From: an uncultured Clostridia bacterium
Lineage (GTDB): Bacteria > Bacillota > Clostridia > Christensenellales > UBA1242
Length of the DNA: 64,000 nt
Direction of reading: 5' to 3'
NCBI GenBank assembly: GCA_944372325.1
Contig: CALVYR010000001.1
Location: forward strand, 35,143-99,142
Made by a program: the position numbers and the translations under genes. How positions within the stretch are numbered: position 1 is the stretch's first letter; each line of letters starts with the position of its first letter. Shown here piece after piece: positions 51,960-60,173 of this stretch. The notes under the pieces were generated by a model. That model did not search any database. It was not told where the DNA came from and saw only the letters and a program-made list of their open reading frames with translations.

Positions 51960-53744
51960 ATGTATACAGTTAAACAAATTAAAGACACTTTTTTAAATTA
52001 CTTTGAAAAAAATGGTCATAAAATTATAGACGGCGCATCAATTGTGCCAGAAGATGACCCAACACTACTTTTTATCAACGCTGGCATGGCGCCTATGAAA
52101 AAAGTTTTTACTGGCGAGCAAGCCCCACAAGCTAAAAGAATGTGCAACATTCAAAACTGCATTAGAACTATAGATATAGATAGCATTGGCGACCGACATC
52201 ACCTTTCAAGCTTTTATATGCTCGGTTCTTGGAGCATTGGCGACTACTTTAAAGAGGGCGCTATCCACTACGCTTTTGAGCTTCTAACTAAAGGTTTTAA
52301 CATACCTAAAGAAAAACTCTATGTTACAGTTTTCTCTGGTGATGAAAAGCGTGGAATACCTGCAGACAACGAAAGCATAGAACACTGGAAGAAAAACGGC
52401 ATTCCAGAAAGCCATATTATAAGATGCGGTTTTGAGGACAACTTCTGGCGCATTGGTAGCGACCACGATGCAGGACCTTGCGGACCTTGCACTGAGATGT
52501 TCTATGATACAGGCGCAGAACACGGGCCAAGCTATGAAGAAACAGGCATATTTGATGATAAAAATCGCTACATTGAAATTTGGAACGCTGGCGTGTTTAT
52601 GGAATATTATCAAGATGAGAACGGAAACTACACAAAGCTTAAAATGAAGAGCGTAGACACAGGCTCTGGCTTAGAGCGTATGATTATGACGCTAAATGGT
52701 TTAGAGAGCGCATACGATACTGAAGTATTCCTTCCAATAATTGAGTATTTACAAAATAATTCTAAAACTCCAATACTTGAAAGTTTAAGAATTATAGCTG
52801 ACCACATTAGAACTTCTATATTCATATTAAACGCAGGCGTAGAGCCATCTAATGTTAAGCGTGGGTATGTGCTTAGAAGACTAATAAGGCGTGCTATTCG
52901 CCACATGAGAACTATTGGACTTGAAGATAGTAAAATTCCAGAGCTTTTAACTCTTACCATGGATAACATGAAAAAAATAGACCTAGAACCTAAGTGGAAC
53001 TACTCTAAGAATGAAATTATAGATAAATTCATGGCAGAGTTTGCAAAATTTTCAAAAAGCTTAGAGCAAGGCGTTAAGGCATTTAACGACTATATTAAAG
53101 ATGAAAATAACATCCAAAATGGAAAACTTGATAGCAAAATTGCCTTTAAACTTTTTGATACATTTGGCTTCCCTCTTGAAATTACCAAAGAACTTGCAAT
53201 CGAAAAGGGTTTAAAAGTAGACGAAAAGGAATTTAACGAACTTTTTGAAAAACATAGAGAGATTTCTAAAACGGAAGGCTCGTTTAAGAGCGGACTTGCT
53301 GACCATAGTGAAGAGACAATAAAACTTCATACCGCCACTCACCTTCTTCAAGCAGGGCTAAGGCATGTGCTTGGAAATCATGTATATCAAAGAGGTAGCA
53401 ACATTACACCAGAAAGGTTAAGGTTTGACTTTAACTTTGAAAGAAAGATGACCCAAGAAGAAATTAAAGAAGTTGAAGACTTTGTAAATAAGGCAATTTC
53501 TGACGCCATTCCAGTTGTGCGCGAAGAGATGAGCTTAGAAGACGCGAAAAAGACGGGTGCTATTGGGCTATTTACAGACAAATATGGCGATAGAGTGTCT
53601 GTGTATACAATAGGAAATATAAGTAAAGAACTTTGCAGTGGTCCTCATGTGAACAACACAAGCGAGCTTAAACATTTTAGAATTTTAAAGGAAGAGAGCT
53701 CGTCTAGCGGAGTTAGAAGAATTAAAGCTGTTGTTGAAAACTAG
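51960..53744 (+). CDS. alaS: Alanine--tRNA ligase, short form (594 aa) lacking the C-Ala domain
   Basis: The N-terminus has DPTLLFINAGMAPMKKVF and the class II core. The editing-domain motifs HTATHLL (HxxxH) and CSGPHV (CxxxH) are present. The ORF ends just after GVRRIKAVV. Confidence 0.85.
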   Translation: MYTVKQIKDTFLNYFEKNGHKIIDGASIVPEDDPTLLFINAGMAPMKKVFTGEQAPQAKRMCNIQNCIRTIDIDSIGDRHHLSSFYMLGSWSIGDYFKEGAIHYAFELLTKGFNIPKEKLYVTVFSGDEKRGIPADNESIEHWKKNGIPESHIIRCGFEDNFWRIGSDHDAGPCGPCTEMFYDTGAEHGPSYEETGIFDDKNRYIEIWNAGVFMEYYQDENGNYTKLKMKSVDTGSGLERMIMTLNGLESAYDTEVFLPIIEYLQNNSKTPILESLRIIADHIRTSIFILNAGVEPSNVKRGYVLRRLIRRAIRHMRTIGLEDSKIPELLTLTMDNMKKIDLEPKWNYSKNEIIDKFMAEFAKFSKSLEQGVKAFNDYIKDENNIQNGKLDSKIAFKLFDTFGFPLEITKELAIEKGLKVDEKEFNELFEKHREISKTEGSFKSGLADHSEETIKLHTATHLLQAGLRHVLGNHVYQRGSNITPERLRFDFNFERKMTQEEIKEVEDFVNKAISDAIPVVREEMSLEDAKKTGAIGLFTDKYGDRVSVYTIGNISKELCSGPHVNNTSELKHFRILKEESSSSGVRRIKAVVEN

Positions 53745-53831
53745 CTTCGGAAGTGCTCTGGGTGGAGCCCAGAGCAAAGCGCCTTACAGGCGCTTAAAAA
53801 TTTCGCTAACGCGAAATTTTGCTTCCGAAGC
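53744..53831 (+). other. 88-nt perfect four-way-junction (cloverleaf-shaped) palindromic element between alaS and leuS
   Basis: The closing stem is gcttcggaag (53744-53753) / cttccgaagc (53822-53831). Hairpin 1 is 53755-53775 (8 bp), hairpin 2 is 53777-53795 (8 bp), and hairpin 3 is 53797-53820 (10 bp). All stems are perfect and are joined by single-nt linkers. Confidence 0.8.
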
Positions 53832-53848
53832 GTATTTAAGGAGAAGAT

Positions 53849-56251
53849 ATGAATTTTAAAGAAGTAGAAAAAAAGTGGCAAAAGATATGGGAAGAAGAGC
53901 ACCGCTATCATGCCATAGATTTTGATAAAAAGCCAAAGTACTATATTTTAGTAGAGTTCCCCTACCCAAGCGGAGCTGGCTTGCATGTTGGGCACACACC
54001 AAACCAAATAGCAATGGATATTTTAGCTAGAAAAAAGCGTGCTGAGGGCTATAATGTCCTCTACCCAATGGGCTGGGATGCCTTTGGTTTGCCAACGGAA
54101 AACTATGCAATAAAAACTGGCATACACCCAAAAGAAGTTACAAGAAAAAACATAGAACACTTTAAATCTCAAATAAAGAGCCTTGGCATATCTTTTGACT
54201 GGGATAGAGAGATAAACACCACGGACGAAGACTACTACAAATGGACACAGTGGATATTCTTGCAGTTCTTTAAAAAGGGCCTCGCTTACAAAGCAGAAGC
54301 CAACATAAACTGGTGTCCCAAGTGTAAAATAGGTCTTTCTAATGAAGAGAGCGAAGGTGGCGTTTGTGAAAGATGCGGAACGCCAACAATTCAAAAGCCA
54401 AAGAGCCAATGGATGCTGAAAATGAGCGAATATGCTGAAAAACTTCTAGAAGGCTTAAATGAAACGCACTACTGGGAAAACATAAAGGCAATGCAAAGAA
54501 AATGGATAGGCAAAAGCGAGGGCACTACCCTTCACTGCAAGCTAGAGTGCGGAGAAAGCTTTGACATATTTACCACCTGTATAGAAACGGTGTTTGGCAT
54601 AACCTACTTTGTGCTTGCTCCAGAAAATCCACTTGTAGACAAACTTAAAGATAAAATACAAAACTGGGACGAAGTGCTAGCTTATAGAGAAAAGGCAGCA
54701 AAAAAATCTGAGTTTGAAAGAACGGAGCTTGTAAAGGAAAAATCTGGTTGCGAGCTTAAAGGGATAACGGCAATAAACCCAATAAACGGCGCAAAAGTGC
54801 CCGTGTTTATTGGCGATTATGTGCTAGCAAACTACGGCTCGGGTGCCGTTATGGCAGTGCCTGCCCACGACCAAAGAGACTACGACTTTGCTAAGCTTAT
54901 GAACCTTCCAATGATAGAGGTTATCTCTGGCGGAGATATAAAAGAAAAGGCATTTGAAAAAGGCGACTATTTAGGAAAAGGCTGCAAACTTATAAATTCT
55001 GGCGAATTTACAGGCTTAACTGTTGAAGAAGCAAAGGTAGCGCTAAATAAATATCTTGAAGAAAAAGGCTTAGGCAAAAAGGAATGCACATATAAGATGC
55101 GTGACTGGGTGTTCAGCCGTCAAAGATATTGGGGCGAGCCTGTGCCACTAGTTTACTGCGAGCATTGTGGCTGGGTGGCTGTTCCAGACGAAGAGCTTCC
55201 TGTAAAGCTTCCTAATGTAGATAAATATAAGCCAACAGACGATGGTGAAAGTCCACTTTCTAGAATTACAGACTGGGTAAACACCACTTGCCCACAATGC
55301 GGAAAACCTGCAAAGCGTGAAACCGATGTTATGCCAAACTGGGCGGGTTCCTCTTGGTATTGGCTACGCTATATAGATCCACATAACGACAATGCCTTTG
55401 CCGACTTTGACAAAATGAAATATTGGGGCAAGGTAGATATCTACAATGGCGGAGGTGAACATGTTACAAGGCACCTACTCTACGCAAGATTTTGGCATAA
55501 ATTTTTATATGATAACGGCTTAGTTCCATATAGTGAGCCATTTGATAAGCGCGTACAACAAGGCATAATTTTAGCTAAAGATGGCTCTAAAATGAGCAAG
55601 TCCGCAGGAAACACCGTAGACCCAATGGAATATGTAGAAACTTACGGCGCAGATGTATCTAGGCTTGGACAGATGTTCATGGGTGACTACACGGAAATGA
55701 AGCCTTGGAGTGATGCCACAATGAAACCTTGCGAAAGGCTACTTAATAGAATAGTTGCATTAAAAGATAAAGTTCAAACGGGCGAAATAAGAGATGAACA
55801 GAAATTCATATGTGCAAGCAGTATAAAGAAAGTTAATGAAGACATAGAGAACTTAAAATTTAACACGGCAATTTCCCAGATTATGATCTTCACAACCGCG
55901 CTAGAAAAACTAGATAAAATAACTTCTGAAGAATATAAAGTACTACTTAGAATTTTAAACCCATTTGCTCCACACATCACGGAAGAACTTTGGGAAGAAT
56001 GTAAATTCACGCCTTCAATAGAAAACACACCTTGGCCAAGCTATAACGAAACTGACCTTATTCAAAACGAAGTAGAGATAGCTGTTCAGCAAAATAGTAA
56101 AATTATAGGCAGAATAAATGTCTCCCCTACAAGCAGTCAAAGTGAAGTTGAAGAAAAGGTGAAAATAGAGTTTGCTTCAAAATTCCAAGGCAAACAAATA
56201 ATAAAAGTAGTGCTTATTCCGTCAAGATTAATAAACTTTATAGTAAAATAA
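53849..56251 (+). CDS. leuS: Leucine--tRNA ligase
   Basis: 800 aa. RBS AAGGAG. Contains the HIGH-type motif (GLHVGH) and KMSKS (GSKMSKSAGN). Confidence 0.95.
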   Translation: MNFKEVEKKWQKIWEEEHRYHAIDFDKKPKYYILVEFPYPSGAGLHVGHTPNQIAMDILARKKRAEGYNVLYPMGWDAFGLPTENYAIKTGIHPKEVTRKNIEHFKSQIKSLGISFDWDREINTTDEDYYKWTQWIFLQFFKKGLAYKAEANINWCPKCKIGLSNEESEGGVCERCGTPTIQKPKSQWMLKMSEYAEKLLEGLNETHYWENIKAMQRKWIGKSEGTTLHCKLECGESFDIFTTCIETVFGITYFVLAPENPLVDKLKDKIQNWDEVLAYREKAAKKSEFERTELVKEKSGCELKGITAINPINGAKVPVFIGDYVLANYGSGAVMAVPAHDQRDYDFAKLMNLPMIEVISGGDIKEKAFEKGDYLGKGCKLINSGEFTGLTVEEAKVALNKYLEEKGLGKKECTYKMRDWVFSRQRYWGEPVPLVYCEHCGWVAVPDEELPVKLPNVDKYKPTDDGESPLSRITDWVNTTCPQCGKPAKRETDVMPNWAGSSWYWLRYIDPHNDNAFADFDKMKYWGKVDIYNGGGEHVTRHLLYARFWHKFLYDNGLVPYSEPFDKRVQQGIILAKDGSKMSKSAGNTVDPMEYVETYGADVSRLGQMFMGDYTEMKPWSDATMKPCERLLNRIVALKDKVQTGEIRDEQKFICASSIKKVNEDIENLKFNTAISQIMIFTTALEKLDKITSEEYKVLLRILNPFAPHITEELWEECKFTPSIENTPWPSYNETDLIQNEVEIAVQQNSKIIGRINVSPTSSQSEVEEKVKIEFASKFQGKQIIKVVLIPSRLINFIVK

Positions 56252-56286
56252 AAAAAATATCACGATTAAATTCGTGATATTTTTTT
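56251..56286. terminator. Rho-independent terminator after leuS (bidirectional shape)
   Basis: Stem atatcacga (56257-56265) / tcgtgatat (56272-56280), flanked by an A7 run and a T6 run. Confidence 0.8.
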
Positions 56287-56449
56287 GATATAAACAATTC
56301 TTTAATTATGTTGCACTCTCCCAACCAGACTTTTGGTGATAATAACCTATGCTATCTGAAGCCGAAATGCTAGTTACTACATTTGTAGTCCAACTAGTAG
56401 GCATATCCGCCGAGTCCGTTTTTACCCAAGTGCCACTTGGGAGTGTAAA

Positions 56450-56513
56450 TTTTTATTTTACATTCCTGCCAACCTGTAGCTTGAACAAAAATGCACCTTT
56501 TAAAAGATTTTTT
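56450..56513. repeat. Dispersed ~65-nt repeat, copy B
   Basis: See copy A at 49502-49567. Confidence 0.7.
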
Positions 56514-56584
56514 ATTACACAATCTAATTATTTTGTTTTGTATTTTAAATTTTTTTGTATATACTATCTTTCAAGAGGTGCTTT

Positions 56585-57337
56585 ATGGATGAAACTTTAG
56601 AAAATCAAAATAATAAACCTAAAAAAATTTCTAAAGGTTTACTAGCTGAATATATTGTGTTTGGAATTACTCTTGCATGCTTTGTTTTTGCTGTAATTTA
56701 CTTTTTAATTTCTCCAGGCGGACATGACGGCTATGTGCTTGGAATTCTTCAACGATTAGGCATGATTATTTTAATATTTTTGCCTATGATCCTTGAAAGA
56801 ATCTTTAAATTTAAATTCCCAGTTTTTTTTAATATCTCTATCTATATTTTTTTTATAATGGCAGTTTTTATTGGCACTTTTATGGATATTTACTCCGTAT
56901 TTCGCCATTGGGATACCGTTCTTCACGGGCTTAGCGCTTGTTTGTTTGGCTTGCTTTCTATGTGTTTGGTTTGCGTTTGGTTTAAAAATAGAGACGACAT
57001 CTCTCCATTATTTTTGCTAATTTTTGCCTTTTGTTTTTCACTTGCAATAGAGGCCGTGTGGGAAATTTATGAATACACCGTAGACGCTATAATTGTTGGC
57101 TATAACGCACAGCGCTACATTGAAAATGGAGTTGAACTTGTGGGTAGAGCCGCACTTTACGACACGATGAAAGATATTATAATTGGTGCAGTTGGAGCTC
57201 TAATTGCAGGCATTGTTTGTGCTATCTGTCAAAAGAAAAACAAAAACTTTTTAAACGCCTTTGAAATTAAAAAAATAAATAGAAAAAAATCTGTTGAAAA
57301 AATTGATATAGAAAAAAATGAAAACTCGCTTTCATAG
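56585..57337 (+). CDS. Polytopic membrane protein (possibly DUF2238/YjdF-like)
   Basis: ATG 56585 follows AGAGGTG. About six hydrophobic helices. WDTVLHGLSACLFGL and WEIYEYTVDAI are candidate family motifs. The family call is weak. Confidence 0.6.
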   Translation: MDETLENQNNKPKKISKGLLAEYIVFGITLACFVFAVIYFLISPGGHDGYVLGILQRLGMIILIFLPMILERIFKFKFPVFFNISIYIFFIMAVFIGTFMDIYSVFRHWDTVLHGLSACLFGLLSMCLVCVWFKNRDDISPLFLLIFAFCFSLAIEAVWEIYEYTVDAIIVGYNAQRYIENGVELVGRAALYDTMKDIIIGAVGALIAGIVCAICQKKNKNFLNAFEIKKINRKKSVEKIDIEKNENSLS

Positions 57338-57426
57338 CGAGTTTTTTAATAATTTTCTCTAATAAGTTGAAATAAGCTAAAAAATATTGTATACTAATTT
57401 TACTCACAAACTTAAAAGGGGAAAAT

Positions 57427-59067
57427 ATGGAAGATATGCAACTTGTAATTCTTATGGGAGGAAAAGCAACTAGGCTTGCTCCACTTTCCTACTCTCTCCC
57501 AAAAGGACTACTTACTATAAATTCAAAACCAGCAATTTTTAATATGATGTCAGAGTACATCAAACGCGGGCTTCATGACATAATATTTGTTGTTAGCCCT
57601 AGCAACGAAGCAATTGTTAAAAGTTTCGTTGAAAAGAGCTTTGAAGGCTTAAAAGTAAAATATATTGTTCAAAACGACCCCAAAGGGCCACTTCACGCTT
57701 TTCAACTATGTAAAGACTATATTGAAAAGCCCACTCTTTTACTTCTAGGCGACACGCTCTGTGAAGCTGACCTAGACTATTCTTACGACTGGCTAGGCTA
57801 TATGACGATAAGCGATAACTCACACAGCCGTTGGTGCTTAATTAAAACAAATTCAGATGAGGATGTTACTGCAATTATAGATAAACCAAATTATACACCA
57901 GAAACAAACAAGGTACTAATTGGCCTATATAACTTTAGAAACCCTGAAGTTCTTAAAGAATGTTTGGGTAAAGATTATGAACTCCACCGCGGAGAACTTC
58001 AACTTAGCTCAATGATTGAAGAATATTCTAAAAAAGTTCAAATGAAAGGTCTTTTAATAAAATCTTGGTATGACACAGGCACGCTTCGTGACTATAACAT
58101 GACCATGGCAAAAAACATTGCAGGAAGAAGTTTCAACAGATTTAAATTAGATGAATTTGGTGTGCTAACTAAAGAAAGCGAATATAGCAAATTAAAAACA
58201 GAAATTAAATGGCTAGATACCATTCAACACTCCGACCTTGCTTTTTTAATTCCACAATTCTTTGGCTACACAATAGACGGCAACAAAACCACTTACAAAA
58301 TAGAAATGGTAAATGGTAAAACCTTAACAGAATATTTCAACTTCTATGAAATTAGTGAAGACAACTGGACATATATATTTGATAAACTTTTAAAAACAGG
58401 CAACTTAATGTGGAGCAAAAAAGCACCTAAGGACGCACCAAACATTGAAGAACTTTCAAAATATATGTACATAACAAAAACAATAGACCGCATTAAAGAA
58501 TGGCACAGACAAGACATTCTTGAAAAAGATTATATCTACGCCAACGGCGAAAAACTTTTAGGTTTTAACATAGTTTTTGAAAAGCTTCAGGATAAAATAA
58601 ATAATCTTATCAAAACAAGTAAGAACTATTATTCAATTATTCATGGCGACATCTGTTTCAGCAATGTTATCTACTTTCCTGAAACAAATACCTTTAAATT
58701 TATAGACCCAAGAGGCAATTTTGGCACAGATACTATTTATGGTGACGCTAGATATGATGTTGCAAAAACGCGCCACAACTATCATGGGCTTTACGACTAT
58801 ATCACGCTTGATATGTTTAAACTAAAAGAAAAAGCGCCAGATAACTTTGAGTACTCCTTCTTTACCGGTAAAATGATAAACCCTATGCTTTTTGATGAAA
58901 TAGTAGAAAAGCATGGCTATAATATAGATGAAATTGAACTTATTGAAGGCTTACTATTTATATCTATGATACCACTACACAGCGATGACCCAGAGGCTCA
59001 AATAATGTATTACATAACAGGCTTAAAGTGTTTAAATAGTCAGTTAGAAAAAGAAGAGGCTAAATAA
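57427..59067 (+). CDS. Fusion of sugar-phosphate nucleotidyltransferase (N-terminal) and APH/choline-kinase-like phosphotransferase (C-terminal)
   Basis: The N-terminus LMGGKATRLAPLSYSLPKGLL matches the GxGTRLxPLTxxxPK signature. The C-terminus IIHGDICFSNVIY...FKFIDPRG matches the kinase catalytic loop HGDxxxxN...D. Confidence 0.8.
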   Translation: MEDMQLVILMGGKATRLAPLSYSLPKGLLTINSKPAIFNMMSEYIKRGLHDIIFVVSPSNEAIVKSFVEKSFEGLKVKYIVQNDPKGPLHAFQLCKDYIEKPTLLLLGDTLCEADLDYSYDWLGYMTISDNSHSRWCLIKTNSDEDVTAIIDKPNYTPETNKVLIGLYNFRNPEVLKECLGKDYELHRGELQLSSMIEEYSKKVQMKGLLIKSWYDTGTLRDYNMTMAKNIAGRSFNRFKLDEFGVLTKESEYSKLKTEIKWLDTIQHSDLAFLIPQFFGYTIDGNKTTYKIEMVNGKTLTEYFNFYEISEDNWTYIFDKLLKTGNLMWSKKAPKDAPNIEELSKYMYITKTIDRIKEWHRQDILEKDYIYANGEKLLGFNIVFEKLQDKINNLIKTSKNYYSIIHGDICFSNVIYFPETNTFKFIDPRGNFGTDTIYGDARYDVAKTRHNYHGLYDYITLDMFKLKEKAPDNFEYSFFTGKMINPMLFDEIVEKHGYNIDEIELIEGLLFISMIPLHSDDPEAQIMYYITGLKCLNSQLEKEEAK

Positions 59068-59076
59068 CCTCTTCTT

Positions 59077-59517
59077 TTATATTTTTCTAATAATTCTTGT
59101 GTTTGGTGTTGGAATAGGTGGAGTAATAAATGGTGCACCACCAAAGCTTGAAGTTATGCTAGCAAATATATAAGACATATTTGCAAAAGCAGTGTTCACA
59201 AGATTTGCTAGATTGTGCTGAATAAATTCGTTTAAACCATCATAGGAAGTTAAGTCTATCTCTTCAGTGAGCTTTGGATCTATACTTCTTTTAATAAAGC
59301 AAGTTGCCTTAGCTTCAAAAATAGATTTTGGGTCCATAACCAAATTTCTTGAGCATTCAAAAGTTATGCTGTTTTTTTCAACTTTTGTAATGTTTACTTC
59401 ATCTTGCACTGTTAAATTTACAGTTGTTCCTACCGAGATAGGTAAAACATCATAATTCAATTTTAAAAGTCTTGCCTCTGTTTGAGGTATAAAATTTTTC
59501 ATTTCTAATTCTTGCAT
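59077..59517 (-). CDS. Hypothetical 146-aa protein
   Basis: ATG 59517 lies 7 nt after AAGGAG. The longer ORF-track start (59604) would run into the tRNA-Leu promoter. Confidence 0.5.
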   Translation of the reverse strand: MQELEMKNFIPQTEARLLKLNYDVLPISVGTTVNLTVQDEVNITKVEKNSITFECSRNLVMDPKSIFEAKATCFIKRSIDPKLTEEIDLTSYDGLNEFIQHNLANLVNTAFANMSYIFASITSSFGGAPFITPPIPTPNTRIIRKI

Positions 59518-59597
59518 GTATAATCTCCTTAATCTTAAATAGTATAGCATAGAGAAAAAAATAAACCAAATATTTAAGCAAAATTTAATAAAATTTC

Positions 59598-59626
59598 TTG
59601 ACAAAGGGTGCTAGTTATAGTATATT
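59598..59626 (+). promoter_or_regulatory. Sigma-A promoter of tRNA-Leu
   Basis: TTGACA (59598-59603) is followed by 17 nt and TATATT (59621-59626). This lies 13 nt upstream of the tRNA 5' end. Confidence 0.65.
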
Positions 59627-59639
59627 AATAGAGCAAAAT

Positions 59640-59721
59640 GCGGGCGTGGCGGAATGGCAGACGCGCTTGTTTAAGGGGCAAGTGGGAAACCGTATGGGTT
59701 CAAGTCCCGTCGCCCGCACCA
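59640..59721 (+). tRNA. tRNA-Leu (class II), anticodon AAG, with encoded CCA
   Basis: GCGGGCG TG GCGGAATGGCAGACGCG CTTGT TTAAGGG GCAAG TGGGAAACCGT ATGGG TTCAAGT CCCGT CGCCCGC A CCA. The anticodon loop TT-AAG-GG (AAG at 59673-59675) was parsed by analogy to E. coli tRNA-Leu(CAG). Confidence 0.85.
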
Positions 59722-59728
59722 AATAAAA

Positions 59729-59757
59729 ATAATCCAAACCTTCCTGGTTTGGATTAT
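59729..59757 (+). terminator. Terminator after tRNA-Leu
   Basis: 12-bp stem ataatccaaacc / ggtttggattat with loop ttcct, followed by a T-run. Confidence 0.8.
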
Positions 59758-59891
59758 TTTTATTTGTACTCTTATTTTTTTATTTTTTCTTTTTTCACTT
59801 TTATTAAATTTTAATAATTATTTTTAATAATAAGTAAAAAATATAATATTATGTATTTTTTATTAGTTTATTAATAACCATTATAACCAGA

Positions 59892-60059
59892 TTATTTCTC
59901 TCTATCTAAATTTACAATTGGCAATGTTTTAGAATTATCTAATCTATAAAATTCATCTGATATATTTTCAAGCATGTTTGAAAATTTTAGGCTTCTTATG
60001 TACCTTTCTCTAATTTTATCTTCTGGAACATCATGGCCACCTTGGCTAGTTCTCTTTCT
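59892..60059 (-). pseudogene. C-terminal remnant of a zeta-toxin/COG4185-like P-loop ATPase
   Basis: The minus-strand frame reads RKRTSQGGHDVPEDKIRERYIRSLKFSNMLENISDEFYRLDNSKTLPIVNLDREK*. It is preceded by an in-frame stop and has no start codon or N-terminal domain. QGGHDVPEDKIRERY..SL is the conserved C-terminal block of that family. Confidence 0.5.
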
Positions 60060-60173
60060 TTAAAAAATTATTTAAGTTTTCCATTATATCTCCTTATATT
60101 ATTATAACAAGAAATATTCAATTTTTAATACTAAATTAACACAAAATTGTAGATTTTTACATAAAAATTAAGT

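Noticed and set aside
51848-53848. T-box leaders in front of alaS and leuS
   Set aside because: The upstream gaps are only about 112 and 104 nt. I could not recognise a specifier-loop/T-box (AAUUAGGGUGGNACC-like) sequence in either.
56349-56600. 83-aa ORF in the leuS/membrane-protein intergenic region
   Set aside because: It has no RBS and a hydrophobic, low-information translation. It overlaps the better-supported start (56585) of the downstream gene and sits in a region better explained as structured RNA or repeat.
3406-59604. Longer N-terminal extensions from the ORF track for glyA (3406), giant B (14397), acpP (32777), M23 (33423), deacetylase (35196), GIY-YIG (50273), membrane protein (56555) and the 146-aa ORF (59604)
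   Set aside because: In most of these cases a downstream ATG has a properly spaced Shine-Dalgarno sequence; for the deacetylase (35232) and GIY-YIG (50294) genes no clear SD is visible and the shorter start rests on the signal peptide or the GIY-YIG motif beginning immediately after it. The extension would either contain the RBS or promoter, or prepend residues ahead of a signal peptide or conserved N-terminus.
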